The notes: generated from the sequence alone by a model not told the origin. Counted from the stretch's first letter, positions 1 to 18,924 are shown. The stretch is 64,000 bases of DNA from the human T2T-CHM13v2.0 reference genome, Homo sapiens (GCF_009914755.1 NC_060929.1), one strand, 5' to 3'. Made by a program: numbers and translations.

Positions 1-544
1 ACAGGATCATTTGACTTCAAGGCTAATGAAATGGTCAGGTGAGCCACATGTGGTGGATAGGAGCCAGTCACCAATTGCATGGCTTCCAAATCTCTGTGAT
101 CTAAGAGTTTAATTGTACTACTAATCTGCTTCGTTTTTGAGTAGCTACCTTATATAGGCAGAGGTGTACATATGCCTCTTAGATGTGCTCTTTTCTTATT
201 TTAGGATCCTGTTTACCTCCCGTATCCCCCCATCCTTATCAGATCAATCTTACCTTTGTTCTTTTTTGTCTTAGCGCTTATCACAGTGGTAATTTAAGTT
301 GGTTGCCTTTTCCTCTCTACGCTCCAGCAGTGCAGGTTCTGTGCTGGTCTGGTGACCATTCTGTTTGTATCTATGATAGTACCTGGTCCGTGATAGGCAC
401 TTAAATGTTTGAGTAAGATAATTGGTTATTCTCCGAGAAGTACAGTAAGAGAAAATGCTTTTTTCTCGAAATTTAAAGTGTGTTTTCCTTTCCAGTGCCA
501 AATGTAAATGCATGGGTAGGGGTGGAGAATCTTATGTTTTTTTT

Positions 545-712
545 AAAAAATTGAGATATAATTTCACATACCATAAAAATCACCCATTTAAAGTATACAA
601 TGCAGTGTTTTTTAGGGTATTCAGAGTTGTACAGCTATCACCATGATCTAATTCCAGGACATTTTTATCATCCCCCAAAAGAAACCTCATACTCATTAGC
701 AGACATTCCCCA
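545..712 (-). mobile_element. Old L1M (L1MB-like) 3' UTR fragment
   Basis: The text 'ttgagatataatttcacataccataaaaatcacccatttaaagtatacaatgcagtg...cccccaaaagaaacctcatactcattagc' is the typical reverse-strand 3' end of L1MB elements. Confidence 0.75.
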
Positions 713-1413
713 TACATGTACATTTTAACAGTAGATAAAGAGTAGCAGCTGCCTTGTGGTACATAAATGTATTTTATGAATCCTTGAATAGGGCTCTGAC
801 CAGAAAAAGAAGCCTCTTAAGCCGGATAGGGGACTTTCAGGGGACAGAGATGAGAAGACCTAAATGAAGCTTTTTTGAAAAAGGAGAGATATTATGAACA
901 GAGGCCCATTAATGTTAAATTTGAAGTGGAGTGATGAGGAACAGCTTCTTACTAGAACAGTGTTTTATAATCCATTAGCCACAATTTATACTTGGATCTC
1001 AAAGGCCAGGATCAGTATTATTGCTACTTCTGTAGCTTCTTCCCTATAGCTCATGGGCATTTCTGGGTCAGTGAAGGGGGAGAAGACCCAAAGAAACTGA
1101 AATCCACCTTTTTGTATTCCTGCACTGCTTCTAATCATATTTGCTCAGTAAAGGGGCCAAATAGATTATTCGTGCACTGAGCAACAGTAGATTTCCTAGG
1201 AAGAAGCTTGTGTCAGGGAAATATGAGTGAGGAATGGGCTGGTTGATAGTGTGTGGTCCCTGAGGGGGAGATGGTATTCTAGCACATAGGAGGCTGTTTT
1301 TCCTGTTTTTCCCCCCCCCAGAGCTTATAATGATACATGAATACGAAAAATAATTAATAGCATGAGTGGCAGAGGAATGGGAGGATAAGCATGGGATTGG
1401 GAAAGTTAACTAA

Positions 1414-1876
<463 letters not shown>

Positions 1877-3457
1877 GCAGGAGAGGTTTAATATAGTTTG
1901 GAGCATATTTAGAGGGTGGCTTGGAATGCCATGTGGCATTACATGGTTCAGGTCCCATATGCTTGAATGTATCAAGTGACACAGGACTCACTCACTACCT
2001 CAAGGGGGAGCTCTTTCCAGTATTGGTTTGTGTTTATTTTAAAAGCTTTTTTTTCCCCTTAGAAACTGAAATTTGTCTCTTGAATTTTCTTCCTGTTTTA
2101 AGAAGTTCCACCATCTGGGCAATACAGAATATGAGGAAAAGTGGAGTTTTTGCAGGGAGATTAGTGTTAGCTGTGTGCAGGAAGGGTTAAAGTGACTGGT
2201 AGACAGCCCAGAGGTAGGACCTAGAGTCTGGAGATGACCATAGTAGTGGGGAGTGAAATGGAGCTGTGCAGGAAGGGACTGCTATAACAGAATTGATGGA
2301 AAGAGAGAATTGGCCAGTTGTCATGCATGTTAACTGCCAGCAGGGCCTGTGCAAGTAGCTGATCTTTTCAGTAGGTAAAACTAAGGGACCTGGTATGTGA
2401 AAAGTTGTAGTAATTTATTTTCCTGTGACTTGAGGCATTTAGGGTGGTGTTGAGGCAGCATGTGCTGCTAAGAACCTGTGTTCTTACAGGTGTAAAATGC
2501 TGCCTTTTAAAATGTTTGCATTATTTGCTTGTAATGGATGTCAAACCTTATTTTGTGTTCATTAATCACACGTATTAATGTTTATTAATACATCTGAAAC
2601 ATGTTATTTGTGTGAGTTCCTATGGCAATGATAAGTATTGGTAAACATTAGTGCTCCTTTCTCTGTTGATTTGTTGAAGCCCTGTTATTTTTCTTTTTAA
2701 TTGGAATTCCACCAAGTTTTCAAAAATTGAGACATGGCTCATTGGGCTGGAGATGCTGATCTTTTAGATTTCTCTTTACTAATCTAATGGCATAGCAGAG
2801 GTTAAATTACCTTGGAGTAGAAAATCAAGAAATGATTGTGTGTGTCTGCAATTTTGGTTTTAATGGTAGGACAAGATTATGGTAGTCTGGGAAAAGGTGA
2901 TTGAGTGCTGCTGAACAGAGCAAGGATTGATTGTAGCTAAGTCTAGTGACTTACTGCCTGCCATTTGGTTTGACCTTCATTTTGTGACTATCGTACCACT
3001 AACCACAGCCAGTCACCTCTCATGTATGTGTTGTTATTCTCATGGCAAACACTGTGAAAACCTCTGGGTAATTCACTGCAGCCTCTTCTTCAGTGCTGAA
3101 AAAACATTTTATAGTGACAACTATACATCCTTTGTCCCCCAGATGGCCAGAAGGTGAAGATAGAGTAAGTTCTTTTACTAAATATTCCTGTCCATAAATA
3201 AAAAGCAGACATCTTAATGTTTGGCTTACAGTTTTTTCCCCTTTCATATCTATTTATGTTTAGACAGATTTGTCTTAAGATTTCTTTGAAACGTTTCTTT
3301 TTAGGTTTTGGCTTTCAGGTCATTCCATTTCAGGCAAACTTTGATACTGCGAATGCATTTTCCTTGAGTAGAAGATCTCAACTTACTGAAAGCAGTCAGT
3401 GTTGTTAAGTACTAAATCTCAATCATTACATAAATCATCTTTTATGTAAAAAATGTC

Positions 3458-4074
<617 letters not shown>

Positions 4075-6133
4075 CTCAGCTTTTTTTAAATCTTTAAAGC
4101 ATGAAATTACCCAGTCATATAAAACTGAGGGTCTCTTAGGGCATTGTTATAAAGAAAGGATGGAAAATGAGAGTTCTTAATTGATGTTAATGGAGAGACA
4201 TTCTTTTATTTATCTCAGTAATTGTGTATAACTGTGTAGTGAAGCTAAGGACATAGATGCCATCTTCCTTGGTACAGCTTGAATAATTTGTATATAGGGA
4301 GAAAAAATGTGTACACACATGTATGTGTATGTGTATATATACATAGTTCACTGTGAATCTTGGCAAGGCAATTTTCAGAAAAATAATGTATTTCATCCCT
4401 GACAAAAGGTTATTGAGCACAAGCTGTCAGGCTCTTGAGGCATGATTTTCTCCCTGGCAACTGACTAGAGTCAAGATTGAAGGAGGCGAAAATTGGTCTC
4501 CTGTCCAGTGCAGATGTTGACAGCTTCAGACTGATGTACCCACATCTACTATAGGCAGCCTGGAAGATAGATGTTAAAAGACAGCTGTGATTAGGACAAA
4601 GCACGTATCAGTGACTGTTTTAAGTAGAGTTTGAGACGTAGACAGGAGGCAGAATGGAATCTGGGTTTGCTGGGTTCATGATGTGAAGACTTAAAACATA
4701 GCTTTGAAGAGCATTGTGTGGGTGTGTGTGAGAGAGATTGCATTTTAATTTGTCTGATCTGGTTAGTGTGGTTTTAATCGGGTTGAGATCATGAGCTTGA
4801 TCTCACATATGGGCTCTTTAATTTTTCACAAGAGAAAAATGACAAGTGTTCCTACTTTGGAATGTTGAGTATGGATTTCAAAAAGTGTTAATGATGCTCT
4901 GGAAGAGCAGTAGCTGGGAAACATTCAACATTTTGAAAAAGATTAAAGTTAAGTTAATTAGCTTTTCAGATTAGTACAATAACTTTATTAAAACTAGCAA
5001 GAAATCAGCTGATTTTTTTCTCATAGTCTTCCTTTGAGTTCTGGCTTCTCATTTGTTATCTTACCTTTTCCCCTTGTTGTCTTAGAATTTTCATCCTGTT
5101 TTCTCCTCTTATTTTTGTGGATGTCTCTTTTCATGTGATCCCATTGTGGCTTGGTCTTTTGTTAGAAGTGCTCCCACTCCAATTCATACCTTTCAGATGT
5201 TCCTGAAGACTGTAATTAATTTAAAAATTGTTATTGACCCCATTCCTTCAGTCTCACCATTTAATCCATTTTTTCTTGTTCTTCATTTAACTTGAGCAGG
5301 AAAAGCAAAATATAAATTCTGAAAAATCATTAGCTGGTTGTCATCTGGGAATTTTATGTCTTAAAGTTGTCTGCCTGACTTAAACTATAAGTCTTTAGGG
5401 CAGAGGCTATATTTTCTTTGACTTGGGATGTTTCAAGGATGCTGTCTGCTTCTGGATCACTACCCTTGTGTGAGCATATGCTGCTTTGCAGAGACTTGTG
5501 TTCTGCTGTAGCCAGCTTGGAATTGAGGAAAGAAGAGTGAAGTTATTACATTCTAATGTCATTTTGAAGTGGTTCATTTTTTCCCCTTTTATTAAAAAGT
5601 CTGTCCTGTTAAGCTCACAAAAATAAATAACACTAACCAGGATAATAATATTTATGAGTTACAGTGGGTAATATTACTGCCTTAATATATTTGTACAGTC
5701 AGTGTAGCTGAGGAAGTTATTTTAGGTATTAAAATTTTAGTTTTGGCATGACTTCAACCATGATGTTGCAGTAACATGATTTCTACTAGTTAATTTCTTA
5801 AGAAAGTGATTCCAAGTTGAAATGCATGTTATGCATTTATTTGAATGTGTAATCAGGAAGTAAGTGCCTCTCTTTGGAGTGTTTCTGAATAGCAGCAGGG
5901 CACACTTGAATTAGTAAGGAAAATGAGAACATGAATATGTGTGTTACTTTATTTTAACTTTTTTTTAAATCCATTCTGTCTGTCAACTGGAAAAAGAAAT
6001 TTCAAAGCTTCTTTCCTTACCCTCAGGGGATGGGGAAGGGGGGGAAGTTAAGAGGTTTTCTAGGCTTGCTCTGATTCAGATGGGCTTATAGTATTTAAAT
6101 AACTTCATATTAAATGTTTATTTCCTGGGTTGA

Positions 6134-6437
<304 letters not shown>

Positions 6438-7001
6438 TCTTTTCTTTCAAAAGATAAACAGTTGTGTGGATTTAAAAAAAAAACAAAAAAACAACTGCAT
6501 CCCAGAAAGTTCTCTTAAGGCATCTGTCAGGGATTCTTTGAGTTATTCTCAGTTTATCTGTACTTACAGGGATATCATCTAGGGGTCTGTTTTTACCAAA
6601 TATCCCTCCTTGATAAATGGAAGGCTTGATTGAGAAGATTAAAGTGTGTTATTCAGGATCATCCTCATGTCATAGGGCACGTGGGTTATGCCAAATATAT
6701 ACTACCATTTGGTTCCTTCTTATAAGGGCTGTGTTATGAAGTCTATTATTCTTTGCATCTGTATTGCCAATTTGCATCTATATTGACAAGTGTGGAAAAC
6801 ATTTTATTACCAGATCATAGAAAATGAATTAAAATTTGGCTGGGTGGGAGTGGTGGGACATGGAGATGGGATGGGGTAGGAAACATATATTAACTTTGGA
6901 TTATCTTGAAGTTAGGAGATAATTTTGTGAAGTCTTGGTCCTGTTATTTTATTATGTTGTAAAATGAAAGTTGGTGGAATAACAGATGAAAATAGTTATC
7001 A

Positions 7002-7602
<601 letters not shown>

Positions 7603-8395
7603 GCTATCACTTGTTGGTGAGATCCCTTAATCAAATCAGATGTATTTAAGAGAATTTGGTATAAAGTAGGTTTATCAGTAGGTTTTGGAGCTAAAGCACC
7701 AAAAAGTAACTTTCAAGAGTTAGGAATCTCATGGTAGGGAAGTTTTGGGCATTCATTAAATCCAGGGCTGGATGTTTTTTACTCTGTAAAACACTGTGTA
7801 AAAAGATGCCAAGCTGTTAAGTACAGGGCAGTTTTATTATAGGCTTGCCTGTGATGTTGGTTACTTTCTCTCTTTTTTTTTTCTTCCTCTAGTTCTACTC
7901 CCTGGGTAGAATTAAAAACGGTTTTAAAATGAGCGTTAATTTTCTGCAGTGAACATGTGTTTTGATAGTAAGAGCAAAAAGAAAAAAAATGAAAACTTAC
8001 AATTTTGTATCCTAGAGATGAAACTAATGGTTAACATTTTTGTCCTAAATGCTTTCCAGTTTGTCTTCTGTGAATATGCTCACGTGGGTAGAGATATGTT
8101 GGGTTTGATTATGTCATTTGCTTTTTTTCATTTAATGGATCCTGAACATCTTTCTGTAATATTAAGTATTCTTCTACAACATAATTTTTAATGGCTGAAC
8201 ACTATCCTCTAGAGAGTAATATGATTTAAGAACATTATTTTATACCAGCAAACTAAAGACTTCTCTTTAATACTGTTATGTCAAGAGTTTTATTCACTTT
8301 TCACATTTTCAAAGGAGTATAGTATTAATAAATAGTTACAATCCTAGTTTTTTACTTTAAAGACTGAAGGCTCCTATTGTTAAGAAGTATGTATC

Positions 8396-8895
<500 letters not shown>

Positions 8896-10324
8896 TCATT
8901 TTAGCGCAGGGCTGTTTTTGCTGGTTTGCAGAAGCATATTCAGGTGGATGTCTTTAAAATCTCTTTTCTCTTTTGGATTTGGCAGTTGATAACAAACAAT
9001 ATGCTCCTGTAAAATGTTCTGTTTAAGAAATGCCTACCTAAGGTCTGTGTAACCATTGAATCTTCTTCCCTGCAGCAACTCTACAGAAAATTTTAAAAAT
9101 GAGATTGGGGCTACAGATACCCATTTATTTTACCACTTGGCTTACTCTTATTTTGGATAAAACCCCTCTAGTTAGCTGACTTTATAAGCTTTTACAGAAA
9201 GATTTTGTAATATGTGCAAGTTTTACTTTTTCATTTTTGCATGAACTAGCAGCCATGGGATTTTTATACTTCAGAAAAAAGAAAATTTGAAGCCTGAGTT
9301 TTATTATCATACACACAAACTAAAGATATTGGCATTTTTATCATTTAAAAACTTTTTTTATATAAAAGTATATTCACTATAGAAAGTAAAAATAAACAAT
9401 AAACAATCACCCATCAGGCTGTACCACCTTATGATTAAGCTCTGTCGATATTTTGGTATGTGTTGGTTGTAGTGTTTACCATCCCATCCCTTTCCCAGGA
9501 CATAAACACATTGTGATCTCCATTCTCACTGTGCAGTACAGATTGTTATATATCTGCTATTTAAAGTGGAAATGAAAATCATTTCCATTAATGAAGATAC
9601 CTGGGTGGGGGCAGATTGTATAATTTATCGAAGATAAGCTGTGTTTCTCTACTGGGCTGGCAAAAATATTTTTTCTGGACCTTAAAGGTAGAAAGGTTCT
9701 GGTGAAGAAGCTATTTAAAAGTATCCTTAGTATTATTTTGGGGAAGGAGATATAACTTTGCCCTATTTATTGAGGTTTTTGGAGGACTTTTACAGGCAGT
9801 AGAGATGTTTCCATAGCTGGATTTCTGAGCCATTACGTTGTGGTTGGGAACCTTTCTTTTGTAGTATACTGTAGAATTTTGGGATGTGACACTGTAAATG
9901 GGATAGATGAGGAAGATGACCAGTTCCTGAGAACTGGAAGGAATCCCAGCTTGACTTGAGAACTTCTTTAAAACAAAATGAAACAAAACAAAACAAAAAA
10001 ACTGCTAAAAAAAAAATTTAAAAAAAGCAGTTGGAAAAACGTAAGGCACAGCAAGCTTTGGTTGTAGCTATTAGCACAAAAGGAACAATTATTACTACTT
10101 TCTGCACTATAGACAGTGGAGTGAAGGAAGCTCCCCTCATCCTTTACAGCTTCAGCATTTAAAATTAAAAGCTAACATTTCCTCTGTCCTTTAGGAAACT
10201 TGGTATCATGACTTTATTTCTAAAAAGGTAAGAAACAGCTGGTGTGTGGATAATGACATGTTCTAAATAGGTTTAAAAACTGGAAAAAGTAGATGGAAAA
10301 ATAGAAGGGGGCACAGAAGTATTT

Positions 10325-10490
10325 GTTGAGCTTTGCATATATTATTTCATTTAATTTTCAAAACAACTGAGTAAGGTATGGGAGATGTGTACTCATTTTA
10401 CAGAAAAGAAAACAGCTAGAGATAAAACAACCCAAAGTAACACAGCTGCCAAATATCGAAGCTGGATTTAGACCCAGTTCCAATACCTTA
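10325..10490 (-). mobile_element. MIR fragment
   Basis: Degenerate MIR core: 'atttcatttaattttcaaaacaac...cattttacagaaaagaaaac...cccaaagtaacacagctg...ggatttagacccag'. Confidence 0.7.
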
Positions 10491-11123
10491 TTTCATCTAC
10501 ACCAAGTAGTGTTCTGGGAGAGAAGTAGTTATATTCATTAACATTACTTCATAGCATTCTTTGTTTTAAAGGAGCAATGTAACAGGTTCAGGTTAAAACA
10601 AACAAGCCTTTTGTTTTTTTTATCCATCACCCAAATATTTTCCAAGCCTATCCTTTCCCCGTAACTTTATAAAGTTTGGTTGCTTTCAGGGGAATTTACT
10701 CATGATATTTGATGCTTCAAAAACTTCTTGATTTTGTCTTCTCCTAATAAAGAATTGTGGGTTTTTTTGTTTGTTTGTTTACTTTATAATTGCCCATTGT
10801 CTTTGTTTTAAACTCCAGAGGAACTTATTTTATTCCCAGCTCAGGAGAGAACATCAGGGGATGACAGATTTTATTTCATGGCAGATGGTACAGTAGTATT
10901 GAGCTCTCTTAAGTTTCATCTCCTTTGTTAGTAGATGTAGTGTAGTTGACTGGAAACAGCTGGGACAAAGTCAGGTTTTACAACCGTGCGATCTTGGATA
11001 TAGTTCCTGTCTACCTCAGTTTCCCCAGTTTGCCCTTTTGTGTGCAGAGAGCACTTTTGATATCTTATAAATTTAAACTAACAGGTATCTTTTTAAATTT
11101 TTAATTTTTTTTATTAAAAAAAA

Positions 11124-11605
<482 letters not shown>

Positions 11606-11967
11606 TAAGAGACATGAGAGATGGAGGAAAAAAAAGTTGTTGATTCCTTTTTACAATTTTTTTAAGCAAGGTTTTGAGCATGGGTTCTTTTTACATTTAA
11701 TTTTGAAATGAAACTTATTAAACATCTCAAGTTAGTCTTAGTGTCATTTTTTTTTTTTTTGTAAGGATGACCATTCAGAAGTTTGAGGACCTCATTTTTA
11801 GCTGGGGGCTTATTTATATACTTGTTTATAGTTTTGCTGATGGAGAAAGTGTGAATATTTTAACCCATTATACAGTGTGTTTCTGATGTATTTTTTCATT
11901 ACTAATACTTTATGTTAGCCATGAAATTAAGGATTTGTCATTAGGGCTGTGAGCTAAAATAAATTAG

Positions 11968-12035
11968 AGTAGATGTAGATGTATGTATGTATGTATGTAT
12001 GTATGTATGTATGTATGTGTGTGTGTATGTGTGTA
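11968..12035. repeat. (TATG)n/(TG)n compound microsatellite at an Alu tail
   Basis: A directly visible gtatgtatgtat...gtgtgtgt run abuts the reverse Alu. Confidence 0.92.
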
Positions 12036-13674
<1,639 letters not shown>

Positions 13675-13676
13675 TA

Positions 13677-14805
13677 CAAACTTCGCTGCTAGCTTTTAAG
13701 TGTACAAATAGCTGCATAAATAACCGATGTGCATCATGACCAGTCATGTCACTTCTTTCAAAGTCTGTTGGTGATAGTTCCCTGCAAATCTGTTCAGTTT
13801 ATGCAAAGTGTGTAGTTGTGTTGCTTCCTTTTCTCCTAGTGATAAACCCACATGAACTACTTGACAGAATTGAATAATTGAAAGATTATTCAACACAACA
13901 AAGATGAATGTGCAACAAAGAAATGAAAAGTGATAGACCTGGAATTGAAATTTGATTAGAATATAAAGGGAAGAAATAGCTGATTGTGGAAATGTTGACC
14001 CTGCTGCTATTTAAAACTCTAGCTATGCAGCTAGAACTACTTAGTGAAGGCAAACTTCTCGACTTAAATGAGGAATGTGGTTGTGATGTCCAAGAGAATG
14101 TGTGATGTCATTAAAAACGACACATTAAAGGAACTCTTGAAGATATTCATGACAAATAAGCGTAGATATTGGATAAAATGTTGGAAATGGGTCCAAACTT
14201 AGAAAGAAATATGATGATTCGCCAAGGGATTAAAAAGATGCTCATTCTGCACCCTAATGTAAATGACAAGAAGAAGGCAGGGAAGCATTGTTCAAACTAC
14301 TTTTGAAAATTTTTTTTCACAAGGAAATAAAATATTTTGTCTCAGTGTTTATAATGTTTTAATTTAGTACATTAAGCAAATATTAGTTGACTATATCATA
14401 TCCCTATACATTTATAATAGACAATAAAGGAATTTTTAATGCATAGACAAAAGTATTTATTTTTAATTTTTATTTTGTAGAGATGGGGTCTCACTTTGTT
14501 GGCCAGGGTGATCTCAGGAAACTCCTGGGCTCAATCGATTCTCCTACCTTGACCTCCCAAAGTGCAGGGATTACAGTTGTGAGCTCACATGCCTGGCTGA
14601 CAAAATTTTGGGGGGTCTTATTTTTTAAAAATTTATTTTTTTCTTTTCTCCAAATATGATGTTGGAAACTGCCAAAAATTTTTAAAGGTTACGGGAGAAT
14701 CATAATTCTCTGTGATTAATCTCTGATTAAGATCAGGTTGCACTGTTTCAGCTTGTATGGTCATTTTTACAGTCCTGTGCTACTGTGCAAAGTGAAGATG
14801 ATCAG
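13677..14805. mobile_element. Older Tigger-family non-autonomous element (Tigger13-like, tentative), interrupted by an Alu monomer at about 14458-14597
   Basis: The segments 'ggataaaatgttggaaatgggtccaaacttagaaagaaatatgatgattcgccaagg' and 'gtttcagcttgtatggtcatttttacagtcctgtgctactgtgcaaagtgaag' resemble the remembered Tigger13a consensus. Confidence 0.6.
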
Positions 14806-14931
14806 TATTGTTATCTCTGTTTTACAACTGTGGAACCTGAGACTATTAAGTGGTGAAGCTGTGGTTTTTGTTTTTTGACTTCTGAGTTTATGATCTTATT
14901 CTCTATTATACTGGTTACCCCTACACAAGAT

Positions 14932-15586
<655 letters not shown>

Positions 15587-15684
15587 CAAATTCTTGAAAG
15601 AGCAGTCTTATTTATAACTTACTTTATTACCCTTGAAATCTGGTGTGTGCAACTCCCAGAAAGCCACTTGTCTTCTTCGTTGTC

Positions 15685-16090
15685 TTGTGCTAGCCACATT
15701 GGCTTCCTTGGCCTTCCATAATCTTTTTAGATCTTTGACTTGGTGTTCCCTCTACCTGGAATGCTCTTCCTCCAGATAGCCACATTATTCCTGTGATTCC
15801 TTTGTCAAGACTGTCTTCAAATCAAATGGTATTTTTTCAAGGAGGCCTACCTTGATCCCCCTATTTTAAATTGTATCTTACATCCCTTTTCTCTCTGTCC
15901 TCCTTTCTGTCACTGCCCCCGACCCTACTCCAGTACTATTGTTTATTGTCTTTCTCTCCCACTAGAATGTAAGTTCCCTGGAGCCCGGGATTTTTTCCTG
16001 GCCTGGTTGGTTAATTTCCTGGAGCATTTAGAATAGTGCCTGGCTGATAGAAGGTGATCAGTAAGCATGTTTTGAAAGAGGCATGAATGC
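15685..16090 (+). mobile_element. L2 3' fragment
   Basis: 'gttccctctacctggaatgctcttcctccagat...ctagaatgtaagttccctggag...tagaatagtgcctggctgatagaaggtgatcagtaagcatgttttgaa' is the typical L2 terminus. Confidence 0.75.
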
Positions 16091-16204
16091 TCTTGAAGAT
16101 TGCTGTTGAATAGGTGAATACTGATGAAACACAATGAAGACCTTTTCTCTGTCTTCTGATCTTGTTTTACCTAGAATTAATCATTTCTACCAACCCTATT
16201 TTGT

Positions 16205-16395
16205 CTCCTAGTGCTGGCTGCAAGGCACTGAACTAGGCATTTTACAAGGTATCTTAATTGACACTCACAGCAGGTATTCTACACATCGTGCAGAGGAGGA
16301 AACAGAATCATAAAGTCTAGTTGCATAGCTGGCAAGTGGCAAAGCCAAAACTTAGGCCTATATCCAGCTCCAGAGCCTGTGCTCTTTCATGTTAC
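16205..16395 (-). mobile_element. MIR fragment
   Basis: 'aggcactgaactaggcattttaca...gcagaggaggaaacaga...catagctggcaagtggcaaagcc...ccagagcctgtgctctt'. Confidence 0.65.
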
Positions 16396-16899
16396 TGCAT
16401 TCAATACTGGTTTTTTTTCCTTTGTGTTTTTTGAGCTATAACTCAACATACATAAAATTCATCATTTTAAAGTGCACAATTCAGTGGTTTTTAGTATATT
16501 ATTAGGTTGTGCAGCCATCACCACTGTGTAGTTTCAGATGTTTTCATCATCCTAGAAAGAAACCTAGTTTTACCTGTTGGAAGTTAGTCCTCATTCTTAC
16601 CTGCTTCCCACTGCCCAGCAAGCATTACCTTCTGTCTCTATGGATTTGCCTGTTGTGGCAAATGGCGATTTCATATAAAGGGAACAATACAGTATTCTTT
16701 CACTTAACATATGTTTTGAAAGTTCATCCATGTTGCACATGTATCAGCACTTCATTTTTTCTTACGGCTAAATACTGGATAATGCCACATTTTGTATGTC
16801 TGTTTTTCAGTTGGTAGATGTTTGGGTTCTTTCTGCTTTTTCAGCTGTTATGAATAGTGACACTAAGTATTCATGTACAGGTTTTTAGTTGTGTAGCTA

Positions 16900-17400
16900 T
16901 GTATTAGGTTGGTGCAAAAGTAGTTATGGTTTTGGCCATTTAAAAAAAAGGTGATGAAAACTGCAATTACTTTTGCACCAGCTTATATTAGTCCGTTCTC
17001 ACATAGCTATAAAGAAATACCTGAAACTGGGTAATTTATAAAGAAAAGAGGTTTAATTGGCTCAAGGTTCTGGAGGCTGTACAGAAAGCATAGTGTCTTC
17101 TCCTTCTGGGGTGGCCTCAGGAAGCTTCCAATCATGGTGGAAGGGAAATGGGGAGCTAGGCATCTAACATGGTGGGGAGGAGCAAGAGAGGGGGTGGGAG
17201 AGGTGTCACACACCTTTAAACAGCCAGATCTCATGAGAACTCATTCACCATCACAAGAACAGCACCAAGAGGTTGGTACTAACCCATTCATGAGAAACCA
17301 CTCTTATGATCCACTCATCTCCCACCAGGCCCCACCTCCAACATTGAGAATTACAGTTTGACATGGGATGTGGGCAAGGACACAGATCCAAACCATATCC
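16900..17400 (-). mobile_element. MST (MaLR) solo LTR
   Basis: Reads tg-ta[MADE1]ta-ttagtccgttctc...tttataaagaaaagaggtttaattggctc...gacacagatccaaaccatatcc. The 5-nt TSD is agcta/accta. Confidence 0.9.
16904..16985. mobile_element. MADE1 (Hsmar1 mariner MITE)
   Basis: Inverted termini ttaggttggtgcaaaagta...ttacttttgcaccagctta, about 80 nt, with TA on both sides (16902-16903 and 16986-16987). Confidence 0.92.
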
Positions 17401-18924
17401 ACCTAGCAGTGGAATTACTGAGTCATATGATAACATTTAACCCTTTGAGGAACTGCCAGACTGTCTTCCAAAGTAGCTGCACCTTTTTACATTCCCAGCA
17501 TTGGGGTATGAGAGTTCTAATTTCCTCATATTCTTGCCATTTGCTATTATCTGCCTTTTTTATTATAGCCATCCTAACTAAGTACAAAGTGATATCTTTG
17601 TGTGGTTTTGATTTGTATTACCTGATGGCTAGTGAGGTTGAGCATCTTTTCATGTGCTTGTTGGCCATTTCTAAATCTTCAGACAGGCACCTGTTTAAAT
17701 CCTTTGCCTATTTTAAGTTGGATTATTGGTCTATTTTTGTTTGTTTGTTTGTTTTTAAAGAAGCCAGGTCTTGCTATGTTGCCCAGGCTAGATGCTAACT
17801 TCTGGGCTCAAGCAGTCCTCCTGCCTCAGCCTCTCAAGTAGCTAGGACTGCAGACACATGCCACTGCAGCCAACTTAAAAAAAAAAATTATTTAGTATAA
17901 GAGTTCTTTATATATTCTGGATACTAGATCCTTATAATTTGCAGAAATTTCCTTTCATTTGTGGATTGTCTTTTTACTTTCTTGGTAGTGTTCTTTGAAG
18001 CACAAAATTTTAAATTTTTTTGATGATGTCAAACTTACCTGTTTTTTGTTCTGTTGTTTGTACTTTTGGTGTCATAGCTAAGAAACCATTGTGAATCAGA
18101 GGTCATGAAGACTTACACCAGTGTTATCTTCTAAGTGTTTTATAATTTTAGCTCTAACATTTAGGTTTTGATAAATTTTGTAAGTATATGGTGTGAGATA
18201 GGGGTCCAACTTAATTCTTTTGCATATTGCACTTGTCCTAGCACCATTTGTGGACAAGACCATTCTTCATTGAATATTCTCGGCACTCTTGTTAAAATCA
18301 GAATATATTTCTGGATTCTCAAAGTTGATTGATCTCTATGTTTACATTTGTTTTGGTTGACCAGTTTTCTCTTACAAGTCTGGCCTTCTTGTTTTTGACA
18401 GTCTTGGTTCTCTTCATTGTTTCTTTTATTGCAGAATCTTCCTCTCCTTACTCTGCTGTCCACAGTCTCGAGGGTCCTAACTTTTTTTTTTTTCTAAATC
18501 TTTCCCAACTCATGTGTTTTCATACATCTCTGGCTTTCTTCTCCCGCTCAGAAAGGCCCTAGCTTGCAACCTTTAAATAATGTACTGTGCTTAATCAAAG
18601 GTGATCAGATCTTTTGACCCCTGCCTTTGTAATTTACTACTACTCTCTTCTGGGCTCTCACTGTAGCTTTCTGATCCATCTCTCTGGTTAGGTTTATTGT
18701 ATGTACTTTAGATAGGTTAATCCTCTTTACTTTGACTTCACTCTGGTTGAGGGAATTGAATTCTGTTTGTCTCTGGCCTTTCTACTCCCATCTTCTGCTT
18801 CTTCTAAGCATATCCCTTACTCCTCAGTTAGACTAGATAATTCAGACTAGATATTATGCCTCTAAGCCTAATTAATATATGAATTATATATTAATATATA
18901 ATATACAAGCCTTATTGTATACCT

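Larger units (their letters stand above)
16425..18340 (-). mobile_element. L1MB-like 3' end and ORF2 fragment, hosting an MST LTR, a MADE1 and an Alu fragment (about 17735-17875)
   Basis: Reverse L1 3' UTR ('cataaaattcatcattttaaagtgcacaattcagtgg') continues after 17400 with ORF2-end text ('gttgagcatcttttcatgtgcttgttggccattt', 'gagttctttatatattctggatactagatcc'). Confidence 0.85.
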
